Source: a virus
Lineage: Duplodnaviria; Heunggongvirae; Uroviricota; Caudoviricetes
DNA length: 40,873 bases
Virus record (IMG/VR): IMGVR_UViG_2609460344_000022
Strand: one strand, 5' to 3'
Shown here: positions 1 to 10,144 of the stretch, one piece after another
Position numbering within the stretch: position 1 is the first letter of the stretch
Layout of the letters: the number at the start of each line of letters is the position of its first letter
The notes under the pieces: model-generated
The model's database searches: none
What the model was told of the DNA's origin: nothing
What the model saw: only the letters and a program-made list of their open reading frames with translations
Translations under genes and position numbers: made by a program

Positions 1-1164
1 TTATGCTTTCTTTGCATCCTCAAAAACCTCAGGGTGGGACAAATTTGGGACATCGTCACCCAATATGTCGTCAATTTTCCTCGCGTGCTCTGTCAAATGA
101 TTAGGTGCAAGGTGTGCGTACCTACGCACCATTTCGATAGACTCCCAGCCGCCCATTTCCTGAAGTACTGACAGTGGTACACCTGACTGAATTAACCAAC
201 TGGCCCAGGTATGGCGGAGGTCATGAAAACGGAAATTTTCAATTCCTGCCCGACGACATGCTGTTAACCACGATGTGTTATAGTCCAGGCGCATCTTTCT
301 GATGCTTGGTGTCATTGTCCCGTCAGGCCTTCTGGCAGCAGTGGTATAAACAAACACCCAGCGGTGATGTTTGCCTATTTGATCACGCAACACCTTGCAG
401 GCAGTGTCATTCAGTGCGACCCCAATAGCGCGGTTTGACTTACTGTCTTCAGGGTTTACCCAGGCAACACGTCGCTGCATATCGATTTGTTGCCACTCCA
501 GATTAATAATGTTTGATCTCCTCAGGCCAGTTGCCAGTGCAAATTTAACTACAGATTTCAGGGGATCAGAACATGCATCAATGAGTCTCCTGGCTTCTTC
601 TTTTTCCAGCCATCTCACGCGTTTGTTTTTTACGGCAGGTATTTTGATTACAGGTGCTTTTTCAAGCCATTTCCAGTCTCGCTCTGCGGCGCGCAGAATA
701 GCCTTGATCATTGCCAGGTGTGTTGCTTTTGTTTGCGTGCTCACCGATTTAGGTATATAGGCTGGTGGTTCTTTCCCTTTTCTTAATGCAGCCTCCACCT
801 GCAACTTCCATCTCTCCTTTGTTTTTCGGTTATACGCTTTGCTGATAACTGAGTAGATCATTGCCTCCGATATATCCTTAATCCTTATTCCCTCGAAATG
901 CTCAATCCAGAATGCGATTCTGGATTTATCGGAATCGATGGATTTCTTGTCGGCTTTTTCCTCAAGCCATCTCAGGCAGGCTTCTTCGAAAGTGACATCT
1001 GGCATATCCCCCAGTCTGTCTACTCGCCAGAGTTCTGCTTTTCGCTTGTCGTGCAACTCCTGAGCTTGCCGCTTGTCCTTTGTGCCAAGAGACTCCTTAA
1101 TTCGCTTCCCGCCCGGGAGCGAGTACGAGGCGTACCATATTTCACCTCTGCGGAAGAGTGACAT
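1..1164 (-). CDS. int: Phage integrase (tyrosine recombinase)
   Basis: 387-aa ORF at prophage edge; C-terminal R..HxxR..Y-type catalytic region ([15 protein letters not shown]...VRRYAHL) typical of lambda-family integrases; followed upstream by xis-like gene. Confidence 0.9.
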   Translation of the reverse strand: MSLFRRGEIWYASYSLPGGKRIKESLGTKDKRQAQELHDKRKAELWRVDRLGDMPDVTFEEACLRWLEEKADKKSIDSDKSRIAFWIEHFEGIRIKDISEAMIYSVISKAYNRKTKERWKLQVEAALRKGKEPPAYIPKSVSTQTKATHLAMIKAILRAAERDWKWLEKAPVIKIPAVKNKRVRWLEKEEARRLIDACSDPLKSVVKFALATGLRRSNIINLEWQQIDMQRRVAWVNPEDSKSNRAIGVALNDTACKVLRDQIGKHHRWVFVYTTAARRPDGTMTPSIRKMRLDYNTSWLTACRRAGIENFRFHDLRHTWASWLIQSGVPLSVLQEMGGWESIEMVRRYAHLAPNHLTEHARKIDDILGDDVPNLSHPEVFEDAKKA

Positions 1165-1391
1165 TTTCTTTCCTCTGTTATGCCATCACCCGCGCTCACC
1201 TGGACAGTATGCAGCGGTGAATGAAGTGCTGCAATGCAGGCTTGCCGGGTTGTGAGATAAGGTGATCTTTTACCGGAAGAATTTTTTCGGGTTGCCTGTA
1301 GTCGGCCCGTTCGTATCCAGTTAACAGCTGTTGGCCTTGATATCTTGAGAAACTTACAGGCCTCTTTGAGGGTGATACTGTGTGAATCCAT
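1020..1391 (-). CDS. xis: Excisionase-like wHTH protein (start chosen at internal ATG 1391)
   Basis: Small basic ORF directly upstream of and overlapping int; N-terminal '[26 protein letters not shown]' resembles Xis/AlpA-type DNA-binding domain; position conserved in lambdoid phages. Confidence 0.55.
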   Translation of the reverse strand: MDSHSITLKEACKFLKISRPTAVNWIRTGRLQATRKNSSGKRSPYLTTRQACIAALHSPLHTVQVSAGDGITEERKCHSSAEVKYGTPRTRSRAGSELRSLLAQRTSGKLRSCTTSEKQNSGE

Positions 1392-1425
1392 ATTTTCGCC
1401 ATTAAAAACCGCCCGAAGGCGGTTG

Positions 1426-1677
1426 TCAGTTGATTGATATGCGGCGCATTTTTCGAAGGCTGGCAATATGCTTTTCCTTCTCAATTTCTGCTTTAATCAT
1501 GTGTAGTTCGTTGTGATCGATTCGCTCAAATTCTGCATTAAATGCGCTAATTGAAGCGGCTCTGGTTCTCCCATCCAGCCTGCGGAAGATTACCTGCGTC
1601 AGAGTGATTTTGCAGACTTCAACCGGATAGTTGTTGGCATCGACGAAAGACTGCCCGCGCTGGATTAGAACGAACAC
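1426..1677 (-). CDS. Hypothetical protein (int-xis to exo accessory slot)
   Basis: 83-aa ORF in the b2/ea-like region between xis and exo; no recognizable motif. Confidence 0.3.
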   Translation of the reverse strand: MFVLIQRGQSFVDANNYPVEVCKITLTQVIFRRLDGRTRAASISAFNAEFERIDHNELHMIKAEIEKEKHIASLRKMRRISIN

Positions 1678-1728
1678 CGGTAGTATTCCTTAATTGTCAT
1701 ATCATTTGCACCTCGTTGCTACTGGCTA

Positions 1729-2406
1729 TCACCATTGCTCCCCAAATACAAAACCAATTTCAGCCAGTGCCTCGTCCATTTTTTCGATGAACTCTGGCAC
1801 CATTTCGTCAAAACCAGCCATGTATTTTTCATCCCGTTCGACCACGACATAATGCAGTCCTTCACGCTTCATACGCGGGTCATAGTTGGCAAAGTACCAG
1901 GCATCTTTTCGTGTCACCCACATGCTGTACTGCACCTGGGCCATGTAAGCCGACTTTATGGCCTCGAAACCACCGAGCCGGAATTTCATGAAATCCCGGG
2001 AGGTAAACGGGCATTTCAGTTCAAGGCCGTTGCCGTCACTGCATAAACCATCGGGAGAGCAGGCGGTGCGCATACTTTCGTCGCGATAGATGATCGGGGA
2101 TTCAGTAACATTCACGCCGGAAGTGAACTCAAAGAGGGCTCTGGCGTCGTTCTCGTACTGTTTTCCCCAGGCCAGCGCTTTAGCGTTAACTTCCGGAGCC
2201 ACACCGGTGCAAACCTCAGCCAGCAGGGTGTGGAAGTAGGACATTTTCATGTCAGGCCATTTCTTTCCTGAGCGGGGTTTTGCTATCACGTTGTGAACTT
2301 CTGAAGCGGTGATGACGCCGAGCCGTAATTTGTGCCACGCATCATCCCCCTGTTCGACAGCTCTCACGTCGATCCCTGTACGTTGCAGGATAATGTCCGG
2401 TGTCAT
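1729..2406 (-). CDS. exo: Lambda-type 5'-3' exonuclease (Red alpha)
   Basis: 225-aa protein matching my recollection of lambda Exo almost residue for residue ([65 protein letters not shown]...). Confidence 0.95.
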   Translation of the reverse strand: MTPDIILQRTGIDVRAVEQGDDAWHKLRLGVITASEVHNVIAKPRSGKKWPDMKMSYFHTLLAEVCTGVAPEVNAKALAWGKQYENDARALFEFTSGVNVTESPIIYRDESMRTACSPDGLCSDGNGLELKCPFTSRDFMKFRLGGFEAIKSAYMAQVQYSMWVTRKDAWYFANYDPRMKREGLHYVVVERDEKYMAGFDEMVPEFIEKMDEALAEIGFVFGEQW

Positions 2407-3188
2407 GCTGCTACCTTCTGCTCTGTGACTTTCTGTTTCAGGAATCCAAGAACCTTCACAGCTTCAGCCTGTGTTAGTTCTGAAGATGTGTAAATGTTGC
2501 GGCGAAAAATCTGGGAACAGAGCGGCAACAGGTCGTCATCCCACGTTTTTTCCATGGAAGTAAGAAGGGCGTTAATTTCCGACATGGTTTCTTCGTTAAC
2601 CGGGGTGATGTCGCGTTCCGGCTGACGTTCTGTAGTATATGCAGTATTTTCGACAATACGCTCGGCTTCATCCTTGTCATAGATGCCAGCAAATCCGAAG
2701 GCCAGGCGAGCACACTGAATCATGGCTTTGTGCCGTAACATCCGTTTGGGATGCGACTGCCACGGTCCGGTGATTTCTCTGCCTTCGCGGGTTTTGAATG
2801 GTGCGCGGCGACATTCATCCATCCACTCGGTAACGCAGATCGGATGATTTCGGTCTTTGCGGTAAATCCGGCATGTACATGATTCATCGTCCTGCTCAAA
2901 GTCCATGCCATCAAACTGCTGGTTTTCATTGATGATGCGGGACCAGCCATCAACACCCACCACCGGAACGATACCGTTCTGTTTATCAGGAAAGGCGTAA
3001 ATCTCTTTCGTCCATGGATTAAGGCCGTACTGGTTAGCGACGATCAGTAGTGCGATGAACTGGGCATCGCTGGCATCACCTTTAAATGCTGTCTGGCGAA
3101 GAGTGGTAATCAGTTCCTGTGGGTCGACAGAATCCATGCCGACACGTTCAGCCAGCTTCCCTGCCAGCGTTGCGAGTGCTGTACTCAT
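2403..3188 (-). CDS. bet: Single-strand annealing protein (Red beta)
   Basis: 261-aa protein matching recalled lambda Bet ([66 protein letters not shown]...); 4-nt overlap with exo. Confidence 0.95.
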   Translation of the reverse strand: MSTALATLAGKLAERVGMDSVDPQELITTLRQTAFKGDASDAQFIALLIVANQYGLNPWTKEIYAFPDKQNGIVPVVGVDGWSRIINENQQFDGMDFEQDDESCTCRIYRKDRNHPICVTEWMDECRRAPFKTREGREITGPWQSHPKRMLRHKAMIQCARLAFGFAGIYDKDEAERIVENTAYTTERQPERDITPVNEETMSEINALLTSMEKTWDDDLLPLCSQIFRRNIYTSSELTQAEAVKVLGFLKQKVTEQKVAA

Positions 3189-3193
3189 CCGTT

Positions 3194-3490
3194 TTATACC
3201 TCTGAATCAATATTAATTTGGTGACGGGCGATGGTTTCAGCCATGTAGCGGATGTGTTCTGCCATGCGTTCCTGAAAATCGACATCGTCATCAAATGCAC
3301 GGGAAATAGCTTTTTTGCTGGCCCCGTGACGTTGCAGATTATCGATGCATAGCGATTCAAACAGGTGTTGGGGCAGACCTTTTTCCAGGTCGTCTGCCAG
3401 CTCAGCTTCAGTTTCTTCACGGGCAATTTGCTGGTAGTGTCGTGCCCATGACTGCTCTTCAATGCGATCGGGGATAAGCCAGGCATTCAT
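3194..3490 (-). CDS. gam: RecBCD inhibitor Gam (short form)
   Basis: 98-aa protein matching the recalled C-terminal (GamS) portion of lambda Gam (...QSWARHYQQ...[21 protein letters not shown]...[12 protein letters not shown]...); sits upstream of bet as in lambda. Confidence 0.9.
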   Translation of the reverse strand: MNAWLIPDRIEEQSWARHYQQIAREETEAELADDLEKGLPQHLFESLCIDNLQRHGASKKAISRAFDDDVDFQERMAEHIRYMAETIARHQINIDSEV

Positions 3491-5547
3491 GATTTATCAC
3501 CTCCGAAATTTTCAAGCCTGTTGGCAATCATGATGGCGATATCAGGGATTGCTGGCGCTGTGGCTATACATGCGGGGTTGGCGCACAAACCATAGACGGC
3601 TGCAATCACGAGCTGTCTTTTCCAGTCGAGAATTTCTGGTTCTGAATCAGCCTTATCGTCGGGCGCATTGTTGCCCTGAGCATTCCGGGCAACTGCCTCG
3701 AGTTCATGAGTTGTATCAGCGGAACTTTCCAGGACATCCGCTTGTGCTGAGTTCTCTTCAGCAGATGTGCCGTTTTCTCCAAAAATTTCAGCGTAAGTTT
3801 CATCTCCTATTACCGGACCGCAGTCAGGGCAGTTGCCCCCACCAGTCTGAGCACAGACGCGGCAGGATTTTTCCAGCTCCGGTTGTGCTACTGGCTCTGG
3901 TTGTTGCTCTGCTGGTCCGTTTTGTTGCGTATCCGGGCTGTTTTGTTCCGCTTCTGGCTCATTTTGTTCCACTTTGGATTGATTCTGGTCTTCAGTGTCG
4001 CGAGTCTGGATCCCCTTCACCCACTTCGGGTCGGTTGGGTCGCTGATACCTTCAACGAATTCTCCGCGAGAAGCCGCCAGTAATTTGTCGGCATCGACTG
4101 GATTTTTTGGGGGGATGTTTTCCCTGGCTTTATTGAGTTCCTCCCTCAGTTCCTGGTATTTCGTTTCTACAGATGAGACATTTTCCAGTGATTGCGTGTC
4201 CTCATTATGTTTAACTGGAATTTCTTCCACTGATTCAGGCGCTGCCTGTTCATTAGCCATTGTGTCCGATGTTTGTTGCTTTTCTTCATCGCCATGTTTT
4301 CCTTCTGCTGTTCCGCGCTGCGGCATCGGTGCTGATGAGCGACCGCAGGCAATTTCCACGATTTCCGGATCCGGGTTAGCGTGATCGGTTTCGGTCAACA
4401 CTTTGTTGAGATATTCAGTCACGCGTGCCGGGATGGCCTCAATGCCGATTGGTGCTTCTTTCACGGAAGCCACCACAATGGCGCGGGAATAATCCAGCCC
4501 ACCGGGCATGGCGATAAATTTGTCGCGAAAAACAGAAAAGGGCGGCTTATTCTCTGACACGATTTCTTCAACGCGTTTTGCGTGTGCTGGGTGCAGGTTA
4601 TAAATATCCACATCCATTGAACGGGCCAGAACGCCGGTGGCTACATCTCGTGCGAGTGATGTCTTATCATGTTTGAATCCTTCACCACGATCGGTAATAT
4701 TTCCGCCGCCAGCGTTAGCACCGGAAGGCGTACGGGTAATGCCTGAAACATAATTTCCGTTCTGCCATTCTTTTGTCAGCAGGCCCTGATCAAGGTAGTC
4801 AGTTTTCATCCAGGTGGAAATGAACTTGTCGAATTCAGCCGGGCTGATGCGATGATTTGCAGAGTGGGGGAATGCTTTCCCTACAGATTCAGCCAGGCGG
4901 CTAAGGTGATAATTCGTCAGCTTATCCAGCTCTGGATGTGAACGCACAGCAGTAAGCAGGCTCTGAAGGTAACTATCTTCTGTGTCCATCTCCAGACGGA
5001 TCACATTATTACGTTGTTCTGGTGTGGCGTGATGCCGGTATTTTCCATCTTTATCCTTGCTAAAGAAGAAGAGGTGAAGGAAACGATGGGTAAGACTGAG
5101 AGTGGCGACGGGAATTTCACAGTCAATACAGTCATCGTCGCTGTCTGTGGATTCGATTTTCTCCGCATTACCCGGAACAGCTCCGTCTGGGTCATCGTTG
5201 CCACCGTCAGCCGTTGTGGCATCTTCACCGTTGATGTTGTCATCGGAGGGTATAGCCATCATGGTGATGCCATCGTTACCGCCTTTTTCATAGCGATTAC
5301 AGAATTCGGTATCAAACACTCCTTCCGGTGGAAGGTCATTTACGACGGGCAAATGAACGCGAACAGGTTTTTTAAAGTCATCTTCATCGTAGCCCGCATC
5401 GTCAATCGCAACAGCACCACGAGAGATTGCAATGGATAATTTTTTCGCCTCAGCCCAGTAAAAACCGCCTTTAATGCCGAGGCGTTTTCTTACCTTGTCA
5501 TTTTTTGCTTCGTAATACAGTGGGTAAACTTGTTTATCAGTGCTCAT
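3487..5547 (-). CDS. Large acidic hypothetical protein (686 aa; start trimmed to ATG 5547 with GAGG SD)
   Basis: Long ORF overlapping gam start by 4 nt (ATGA); acidic low-complexity linkers, CxxC...CxxC zinc-ribbon-like motif ([17 protein letters not shown]); upstream part of track ORF (to 5835) overlaps the preceding gene and lacks an SD. Confidence 0.6.
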   Translation of the reverse strand: MSTDKQVYPLYYEAKNDKVRKRLGIKGGFYWAEAKKLSIAISRGAVAIDDAGYDEDDFKKPVRVHLPVVNDLPPEGVFDTEFCNRYEKGGNDGITMMAIPSDDNINGEDATTADGGNDDPDGAVPGNAEKIESTDSDDDCIDCEIPVATLSLTHRFLHLFFFSKDKDGKYRHHATPEQRNNVIRLEMDTEDSYLQSLLTAVRSHPELDKLTNYHLSRLAESVGKAFPHSANHRISPAEFDKFISTWMKTDYLDQGLLTKEWQNGNYVSGITRTPSGANAGGGNITDRGEGFKHDKTSLARDVATGVLARSMDVDIYNLHPAHAKRVEEIVSENKPPFSVFRDKFIAMPGGLDYSRAIVVASVKEAPIGIEAIPARVTEYLNKVLTETDHANPDPEIVEIACGRSSAPMPQRGTAEGKHGDEEKQQTSDTMANEQAAPESVEEIPVKHNEDTQSLENVSSVETKYQELREELNKARENIPPKNPVDADKLLAASRGEFVEGISDPTDPKWVKGIQTRDTEDQNQSKVEQNEPEAEQNSPDTQQNGPAEQQPEPVAQPELEKSCRVCAQTGGGNCPDCGPVIGDETYAEIFGENGTSAEENSAQADVLESSADTTHELEAVARNAQGNNAPDDKADSEPEILDWKRQLVIAAVYGLCANPACIATAPAIPDIAIMIANRLENFGGDKS

Positions 5548-5617
5548 TGTGTTTAAACCTCTGACTGGATAAAAATAAGCGCCCTTTTTGGTAGCCTGTG
5601 CTGCCGGATTTTTTATT

Positions 5618-6010
5618 TCAGTGAAATGCTTTCTTGTTTGCGGTTTTGGTGCTGGCCTGAGTCTGTTCGTGCTGGCATTCAGGGCAGTCACAGGTGCATT
5701 CACCATTCTCTCTGATAAGCTGAAGAGCCATTGCCAGTTCCAGTATTGCCTGTGGTTTAATTGTACTGTCGACAATTTCAGATGCTGCATGAATATATGG
5801 GCTGGAAGTTTCGCAATACAAACCGAAGGAAACAAAACGACTGTCCTTATATTCGTTAATTGCGATTTCTGTTAGCTCTGAAAATGAATAGACATAATCT
5901 ATCTTGTGTTTTTTGCATATTTCATTTATGCGTGCTGCGATTTCTTTAAGCTCATTTATTGCGTCAGGGCAGGATTCTGAGAACACTTCGTTCTGTGCGA
6001 GTTCTTTCAT
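5618..6010 (-). CDS. Hypothetical Cys-rich protein
   Basis: 130-aa ORF in the early-left operon; C-terminal CTCDCPECQHE cysteine cluster; no recognized family. Confidence 0.45.
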   Translation of the reverse strand: MKELAQNEVFSESCPDAINELKEIAARINEICKKHKIDYVYSFSELTEIAINEYKDSRFVSFGLYCETSSPYIHAASEIVDSTIKPQAILELAMALQLIRENGECTCDCPECQHEQTQASTKTANKKAFH

Positions 6011-6084
6011 TTTACGTTTCCAGTGTTGATAACTAATGTGAATTGTTGTTTCAGTGTGGATTTAGAGAGCGTATTTATTGCTCA

Positions 6085-6324
6085 TCACCATGATTCGGCC
6101 TTTACAGGCAAACCATCGCGTCCCAGGAAAACTTTAATCATGCAGTCGGTAATGCATGTTTTTGTCGTGAAGTTACGAATATAGAGCTTTCTCTTTTCAA
6201 TATTGTTTGCTGAAGCGATATATGTGCGGCCTTCATGAAGAACATAATCGCCAGGTGTCACGCACTGACGTGGTATTTCATCAGTCCCGAAGTGATGAGC
6301 AATCATAATTATCTCCATTTTCAC
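6085..6324 (-). CDS. Hypothetical small protein (likely starts at ATG 6306 with GGAG SD)
   Basis: 79-aa track ORF; internal ATG preceded by GGAGATAATT gives a 73-aa product; no recognized family. Confidence 0.4.
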   Translation of the reverse strand: MKMEIIMIAHHFGTDEIPRQCVTPGDYVLHEGRTYIASANNIEKRKLYIRNFTTKTCITDCMIKVFLGRDGLPVKAESW

Positions 6325-6482
6325 AAATGAACTTTGTTGATGCGGTGCCTGGTGCCTCCAGGTGACGTTAACCAGTTAACAATTAACGCCGGGTCAGGGG
6401 ATGATGACTTGCCGTGACATCCTGTCGGTTTAACTGTTCCGCGTGCGCTTAGCCGCATTCACCGCATCACAAAATTCACTTT

Positions 6483-6530
6483 AAAAAAGGGCGGACATCA
6501 GCCAGCAATAAACTGATGCCGCCAATGACT
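6483..6530 (-). terminator. Candidate intrinsic terminator inside early-left operon (tL-like)
   Basis: On minus strand: GGCGGCATCAG-loop-CTGATGTCCGCC stem followed by CTTTTTT. Confidence 0.45.
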
Positions 6531-6940
6531 ACACACAGCAATGTTGTTATTCACAACCGGAAGCGCACGGTCGAAGAAAATTTAACGATGCCGTACAGAT
6601 ATACGAGCTTTGCCGTGCGCTTTCGTGTTATGCCCTGGCTTTTCAGGGGAATATCTGTTCAGTAAACTGAGATTGCCGGATTCACACCCGTGTCCGGCGC
6701 ACGAACTCCACCTGACCCGTGGAGAACTCCTTAACTACAACCCCGTAAGGAGGGTGAATTTATGACATAAGAAGAAAAGGCAATGTTTCTGATGCGACTG
6801 GCTGTTGATACCTACAACACACAATTCAGGGAAGAAAAAATACCTCAAAAGGCAGTTCCTGCCGCGGTAGATAGGGGCGGTGCTATTGCCGTATTTTACG
6901 ACGCATTTGAATCCTTTTTTGATGAAAAAACTCGCAGCTG

Positions 6941-7300
6941 TTAGCGACTTCGGAACATCGAGTAATAAATAACGTCCATTACGGTTCTTAAACAACAATC
7001 AGTGGGCTTGATGTTGTGCTTTTCAAGCTCACTTGCCATCACTTCCATTATTCTTGCACTTACACGAATTATTTGGTGGCTGTAAGCGACGCAACTATCG
7101 CTGATATTGCTGTTTATTTCTATTGCTTCATTTTCACCATTAGCACTAACTTCAGATGTGCTGTTTTCATTTTCCTGTATCAGTGCTGCTTCCGCCATCC
7201 TGATGCGTCCCAGCGTTGAGGAATTTGGGCTAAGTTGATAAACCTGTCGGGCATCTTCCAGAAGCAGGGCGATAATGTGCTTCAGTTCTGTTTCGTTCAT
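6941..7300 (-). CDS. Hypothetical protein
   Basis: 119-aa ORF downstream of the zinc-ribbon protein in the N operon; no recognized motif. Confidence 0.45.
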   Translation of the reverse strand: MNETELKHIIALLLEDARQVYQLSPNSSTLGRIRMAEAALIQENENSTSEVSANGENEAIEINSNISDSCVAYSHQIIRVSARIMEVMASELEKHNIKPTDCCLRTVMDVIYYSMFRSR

Positions 7301-7331
7301 GGTTAATTCCGTGAGTTGCGATTTATTAATA

Positions 7332-8045
7332 TCAGGAGGTCAGTTCTTTAAGTTTCTGAACCGCTTTATTCATTTCATCCATGCAGTCGATGAACTCGTC
7401 CAGTTTAAGCTGCATTTTTCCGGCGGCCTGAAGAATTTCAAGTTTTAAGGGCGCGAGTTTTTTGTTGAATACATCATCTTCCTGACGTTTTTTCTCCGCA
7501 ATTTCGGCGGCTTTCAGCAATTCTTCTGCCTGTTTTCTGAGTGTTTCTGGTGAAGGTGAAACTACTTTGAGGTTATTCATTTCAGATTCCTGTTGTTGCA
7601 GAATTAATTTATTACATTCTCTGCGCAAGCGTTTCATTGCAGATTCGCACTTCTTACAATAAATGGCTCTCCCGTCACGTTTGCTGGCATCTGAATAAAA
7701 ATCATCGACTGATTTTGTCTGCCCGCATCTGGTGCATAATTTTGACTGAAGGTCCTTAATGATGGTCACGTTTCCTTCCCGTTTGGGATATCCATATTTT
7801 TTGTGGCGGAAAAAGGTTACTCCGTTACCAGAACCTTCTTTTCTGACCTTAAATACAATGATGCTTTCCCGTTTATCGATAAAATCGATGAGCTGGTTTC
7901 TCTCCTTGCCTGACAGTTCGGCAAATGTCTTAACTTTTTTAGTAACTTCCGTAAGTCGAACGCCATCAGGCATTTTTTCAACGAAGTTTTTAATCTCTGC
8001 AAGTGGACGCCATAATTTTTGCGGCAAAACTGAAGGCGTTGTCAT
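7332..8045 (-). CDS. Hypothetical zinc-ribbon / coiled-coil protein
   Basis: 237-aa ORF immediately downstream of N-like gene (3-nt gap); CTRCGQ...CKKCES zinc-ribbon motif followed by Lys/Glu-rich coiled-coil C-terminus. Confidence 0.55.
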   Translation of the reverse strand: MTTPSVLPQKLWRPLAEIKNFVEKMPDGVRLTEVTKKVKTFAELSGKERNQLIDFIDKRESIIVFKVRKEGSGNGVTFFRHKKYGYPKREGNVTIIKDLQSKLCTRCGQTKSVDDFYSDASKRDGRAIYCKKCESAMKRLRRECNKLILQQQESEMNNLKVVSPSPETLRKQAEELLKAAEIAEKKRQEDDVFNKKLAPLKLEILQAAGKMQLKLDEFIDCMDEMNKAVQKLKELTS

Positions 8046-8048
8046 TTA

Positions 8049-8432
8049 TCACCTCGCTGTTATTGTTCCTGATTTGCGATAGCCTGCCGCGTAAATGGCT
8101 ACGTTTGGAAGACATACACCAGTTTCTGGTTGCTTATGTCCAAACTCATTCGCGTACACAATGGCCGCTCGCTCCAGATTGCGTCTGTATTCTTTCTGTT
8201 GCCAGATCACGTCCTGTGCCATGAACTTAATTGGCTTAGCGTCTTCTATGCGCTCAGGCGTTTCGTGAGTACCTTTAGCCTGAATCTGCGCTCTGCTTAG
8301 AGTAGGGCGGTGTAATACTTCTGAACTTATTGCTTCTTCGCGGGCCAGCACGCCGTTAGCTAATGCCTTTGCCTTTAAACGCTCACGACGACGAGAACGT
8401 GAATTGCCTTTGAACTGAGTTCTGCGTGTCAT
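8049..8432 (-). CDS. N: N-like transcription antitermination protein
   Basis: 127-aa basic protein with N-terminal arginine-rich motif (TRRTQFKGNSRSRRRERLKAKA); first gene downstream of candidate pL/nutL. Confidence 0.6.
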   Translation of the reverse strand: MTRRTQFKGNSRSRRRERLKAKALANGVLAREEAISSEVLHRPTLSRAQIQAKGTHETPERIEDAKPIKFMAQDVIWQQKEYRRNLERAAIVYANEFGHKQPETGVCLPNVAIYAAGYRKSGTITAR

Positions 8433-8597
8433 ATAGACCTCCTGATGAACTTTGGTGGTGTGGTGGGAGGGAGACCCATTTCGACCTGTTTCGGCCTACT
8501 TCAATTCGGCAATAGTCCTGCAGGCCTCGCCGCTTTACGTGCGACATATTCCCGTCCATGAACCCTTCACCACACCCCAAAGTTCACTTTGGTTATT

Positions 8598-8664
8598 GCG
8601 CTTTGTCAGCGCCGTAGATTCATATTCGAATCGTTGTATATTCACCGCCCTGGTGAGTAGAGCG
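8598..8664 (-). promoter_or_regulatory. Candidate nutL (boxA-like + boxB hairpin)
   Basis: Minus-strand CGCTCTACTCACC (boxA-like) then hairpin GCGCT-GACAA-AGCGC; same hairpin/loop and flanking CTACG as the nutR candidate. Confidence 0.5.
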
Positions 8665-8679
8665 TCCTGCTGATGGGTG

Positions 8680-8890
8680 AACTTTATCGGAATGATAAAT
8701 TGATGGCAATAGCAAAATGATAAATTCTTTTGGTTTTCAAATATCGTATTGATTCTTATGGTGTTTTATTTTGTTGTAGGAATTCGACAGGATAAATAAA
8801 GAGATTTGAGGTAGATCTGAATTGCGATGTTTAGTGAGTTGTATCTATTTATTTTTCAACAAATACAATTGGTTATGTGTTTTTAGGTGG
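8680..8890 (-). promoter_or_regulatory. Candidate OL/pL region
   Basis: AT-rich region with three TGATAAAT-type repeats (also present three times between cI and cro); possible TTGCCA-N17-TAAAGT promoter on minus strand. Confidence 0.4.
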
Positions 8891-8899
8891 AGGGATCGA

Positions 8900-8931
8900 G
8901 AGGAAAAGAAAACCCGGCGCTGAGGCCGGGC
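8900..8931 (-). terminator. Intrinsic terminator ending the kinase operon
   Basis: Minus strand: CCCGGC-CTCA-GCGCCGGG hairpin followed by TTTTCTTTT immediately after the small ORF stop. Confidence 0.6.
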
Positions 8932-9095
8932 TAGATTTTAAAGTATTTATCTTTTAGAGATGTAGATGTAAAATTTTTCGCCTTTGAAAATTTTTTGTCA
9001 TCAGAAGGGCTTATGAACTCATCTTTTTTGTAGGGAACCGCTAATGCTGCATCACGTCTGCGAGGCAGCTTGCTTACTTCCTCGCGCTTTTTCAT
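8931..9095 (-). CDS. Small basic protein (54 aa), translationally coupled to kinase
   Basis: ATG 2 nt after kinase stop (TAATCATG) with AAGGA SD inside kinase 3' end; Lys/Arg-rich (MKKREEVSKLPRRRD...); not in ORF track (<60 aa). Confidence 0.4.
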   Translation of the reverse strand: MKKREEVSKLPRRRDAALAVPYKKDEFISPSDDKKFSKAKNFTSTSLKDKYFKI

Positions 9096-9097
9096 GA

Positions 9098-10144
9098 TTA
9101 GTTATCCTTTAATAACCTATACAGTTTTGTAGGGGTACATCCTGAGGATATTGTTAAGTTCGTAGCACGCCTTTTCCGCCCATCATCGTATAAACGAAAA
9201 CCAGTAGTAGACGAATTTTCTGCGTCAAAAACTATAGACAGTATAGCGTCCCCAGACTTTTTTTGCCATTCGCATGTGCCGTTAGTTGGTTTCGTCATCT
9301 GTAGACGCCAGTCAAGAACGCCATCACTTATAGCTGAGAGATCGTTTAGTACATCTAGTACTGATTGATATCTTTCATTTGGATCTACATGAATGCATTT
9401 GTTTACTATTGTTATCAATTTTTTATGTATATGGGGAGGATATTCTTTTAATGGATAGCAGCCATTAATTATCGACTCTCTGAGTTGTTCAATCGTGCTA
9501 AATGCAGATCTTTCTCTTTCAAAATTATCATGTCCAACACACATTCTATATATGGTTAATCCTGCCTGATATATGTCATATGTGAAATTATAATCATTTG
9601 TTGATAAAGAAAAATATTCCGGTGGCACATGAAAATGATATCCAAACTCAGGCGCAGCTCTCGATTCCTCATTGACTAACTGAGATAATCCAAAGTCAGA
9701 TAGCATGGCCTCATTTCTGTTTGATATCATGATGTTATTAGGTTTTATATCAAAATGCATAAGACCTTTTGAGTGTATATGATAAAGTCCACTTAAAAAT
9801 TGAATAGAATACCGTATTATCTCCCTGCTTGTAAGATTATTTTTTTTCATTAATTGGTTTAGCGAACCATTATGATAAAATGGCATGGCTATATAGATAT
9901 TGCTCTCACATTGAGCAGCATACTGAACTTGCACAATATTTGGATGTGCATGTTTATAGAGAAGCCTTGCTTCATTAAAGTAGTCGTCGTGGTTAGTGTT
10001 TTCTTTTTTTTCTATTTCTTTAATCACCAAGTCATGAGCTAGGTGTCTGTCATGAGCCAGATATACTTTTGAAAAACAACCCTGTTCTTCTAGATCACGA
10101 ATCCATTCGAATTCTACATCAGCTCTTTTGTATGGAGTTAGCAT
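9098..10144 (-). CDS. Eukaryotic-like Ser/Thr protein kinase (Stk-like)
   Basis: 348 aa; catalytic loop HFDIKPNN, DFG motif (SDFGLS), beta3 Lys (VIKEI); strongly AT-rich; located between cI and pL. Confidence 0.8.
   Translation of the reverse strand: MLTPYKRADVEFEWIRDLEEQGCFSKVYLAHDRHLAHDLVIKEIEKKENTNHDDYFNEARLLYKHAHPNIVQVQYAAQCESNIYIAMPFYHNGSLNQLMKKNNLTSREIIRYSIQFLSGLYHIHSKGLMHFDIKPNNIMISNRNEAMLSDFGLSQLVNEESRAAPEFGYHFHVPPEYFSLSTNDYNFTYDIYQAGLTIYRMCVGHDNFERERSAFSTIEQLRESIINGCYPLKEYPPHIHKKLITIVNKCIHVDPNERYQSVLDVLNDLSAISDGVLDWRLQMTKPTNGTCEWQKKSGDAILSIVFDAENSSTTGFRLYDDGRKRRATNLTISSGCTPTKLYRLLKDN

Noticed and set aside
1-1164. attL / attachment core at the integrase end
   Set aside because: The integrase stop is at the first bases of the window, so any att site lies outside the sequence provided
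3549-5439. Multiple plus-strand ORFs (3549..4046, 3995..4384, 5014..5439 and others) antisense to the large early-left gene
   Set aside because: Fully nested antisense to a long, well-supported ORF, without SD sequences; typical shadow ORFs
6783-6944. 53-aa plus-strand ORF with nearby AAGGAGGG
   Set aside because: Runs antisense within a leftward operon, uses several rare codons, and the SD is poorly spaced relative to its ATG; kept only as a remote possibility
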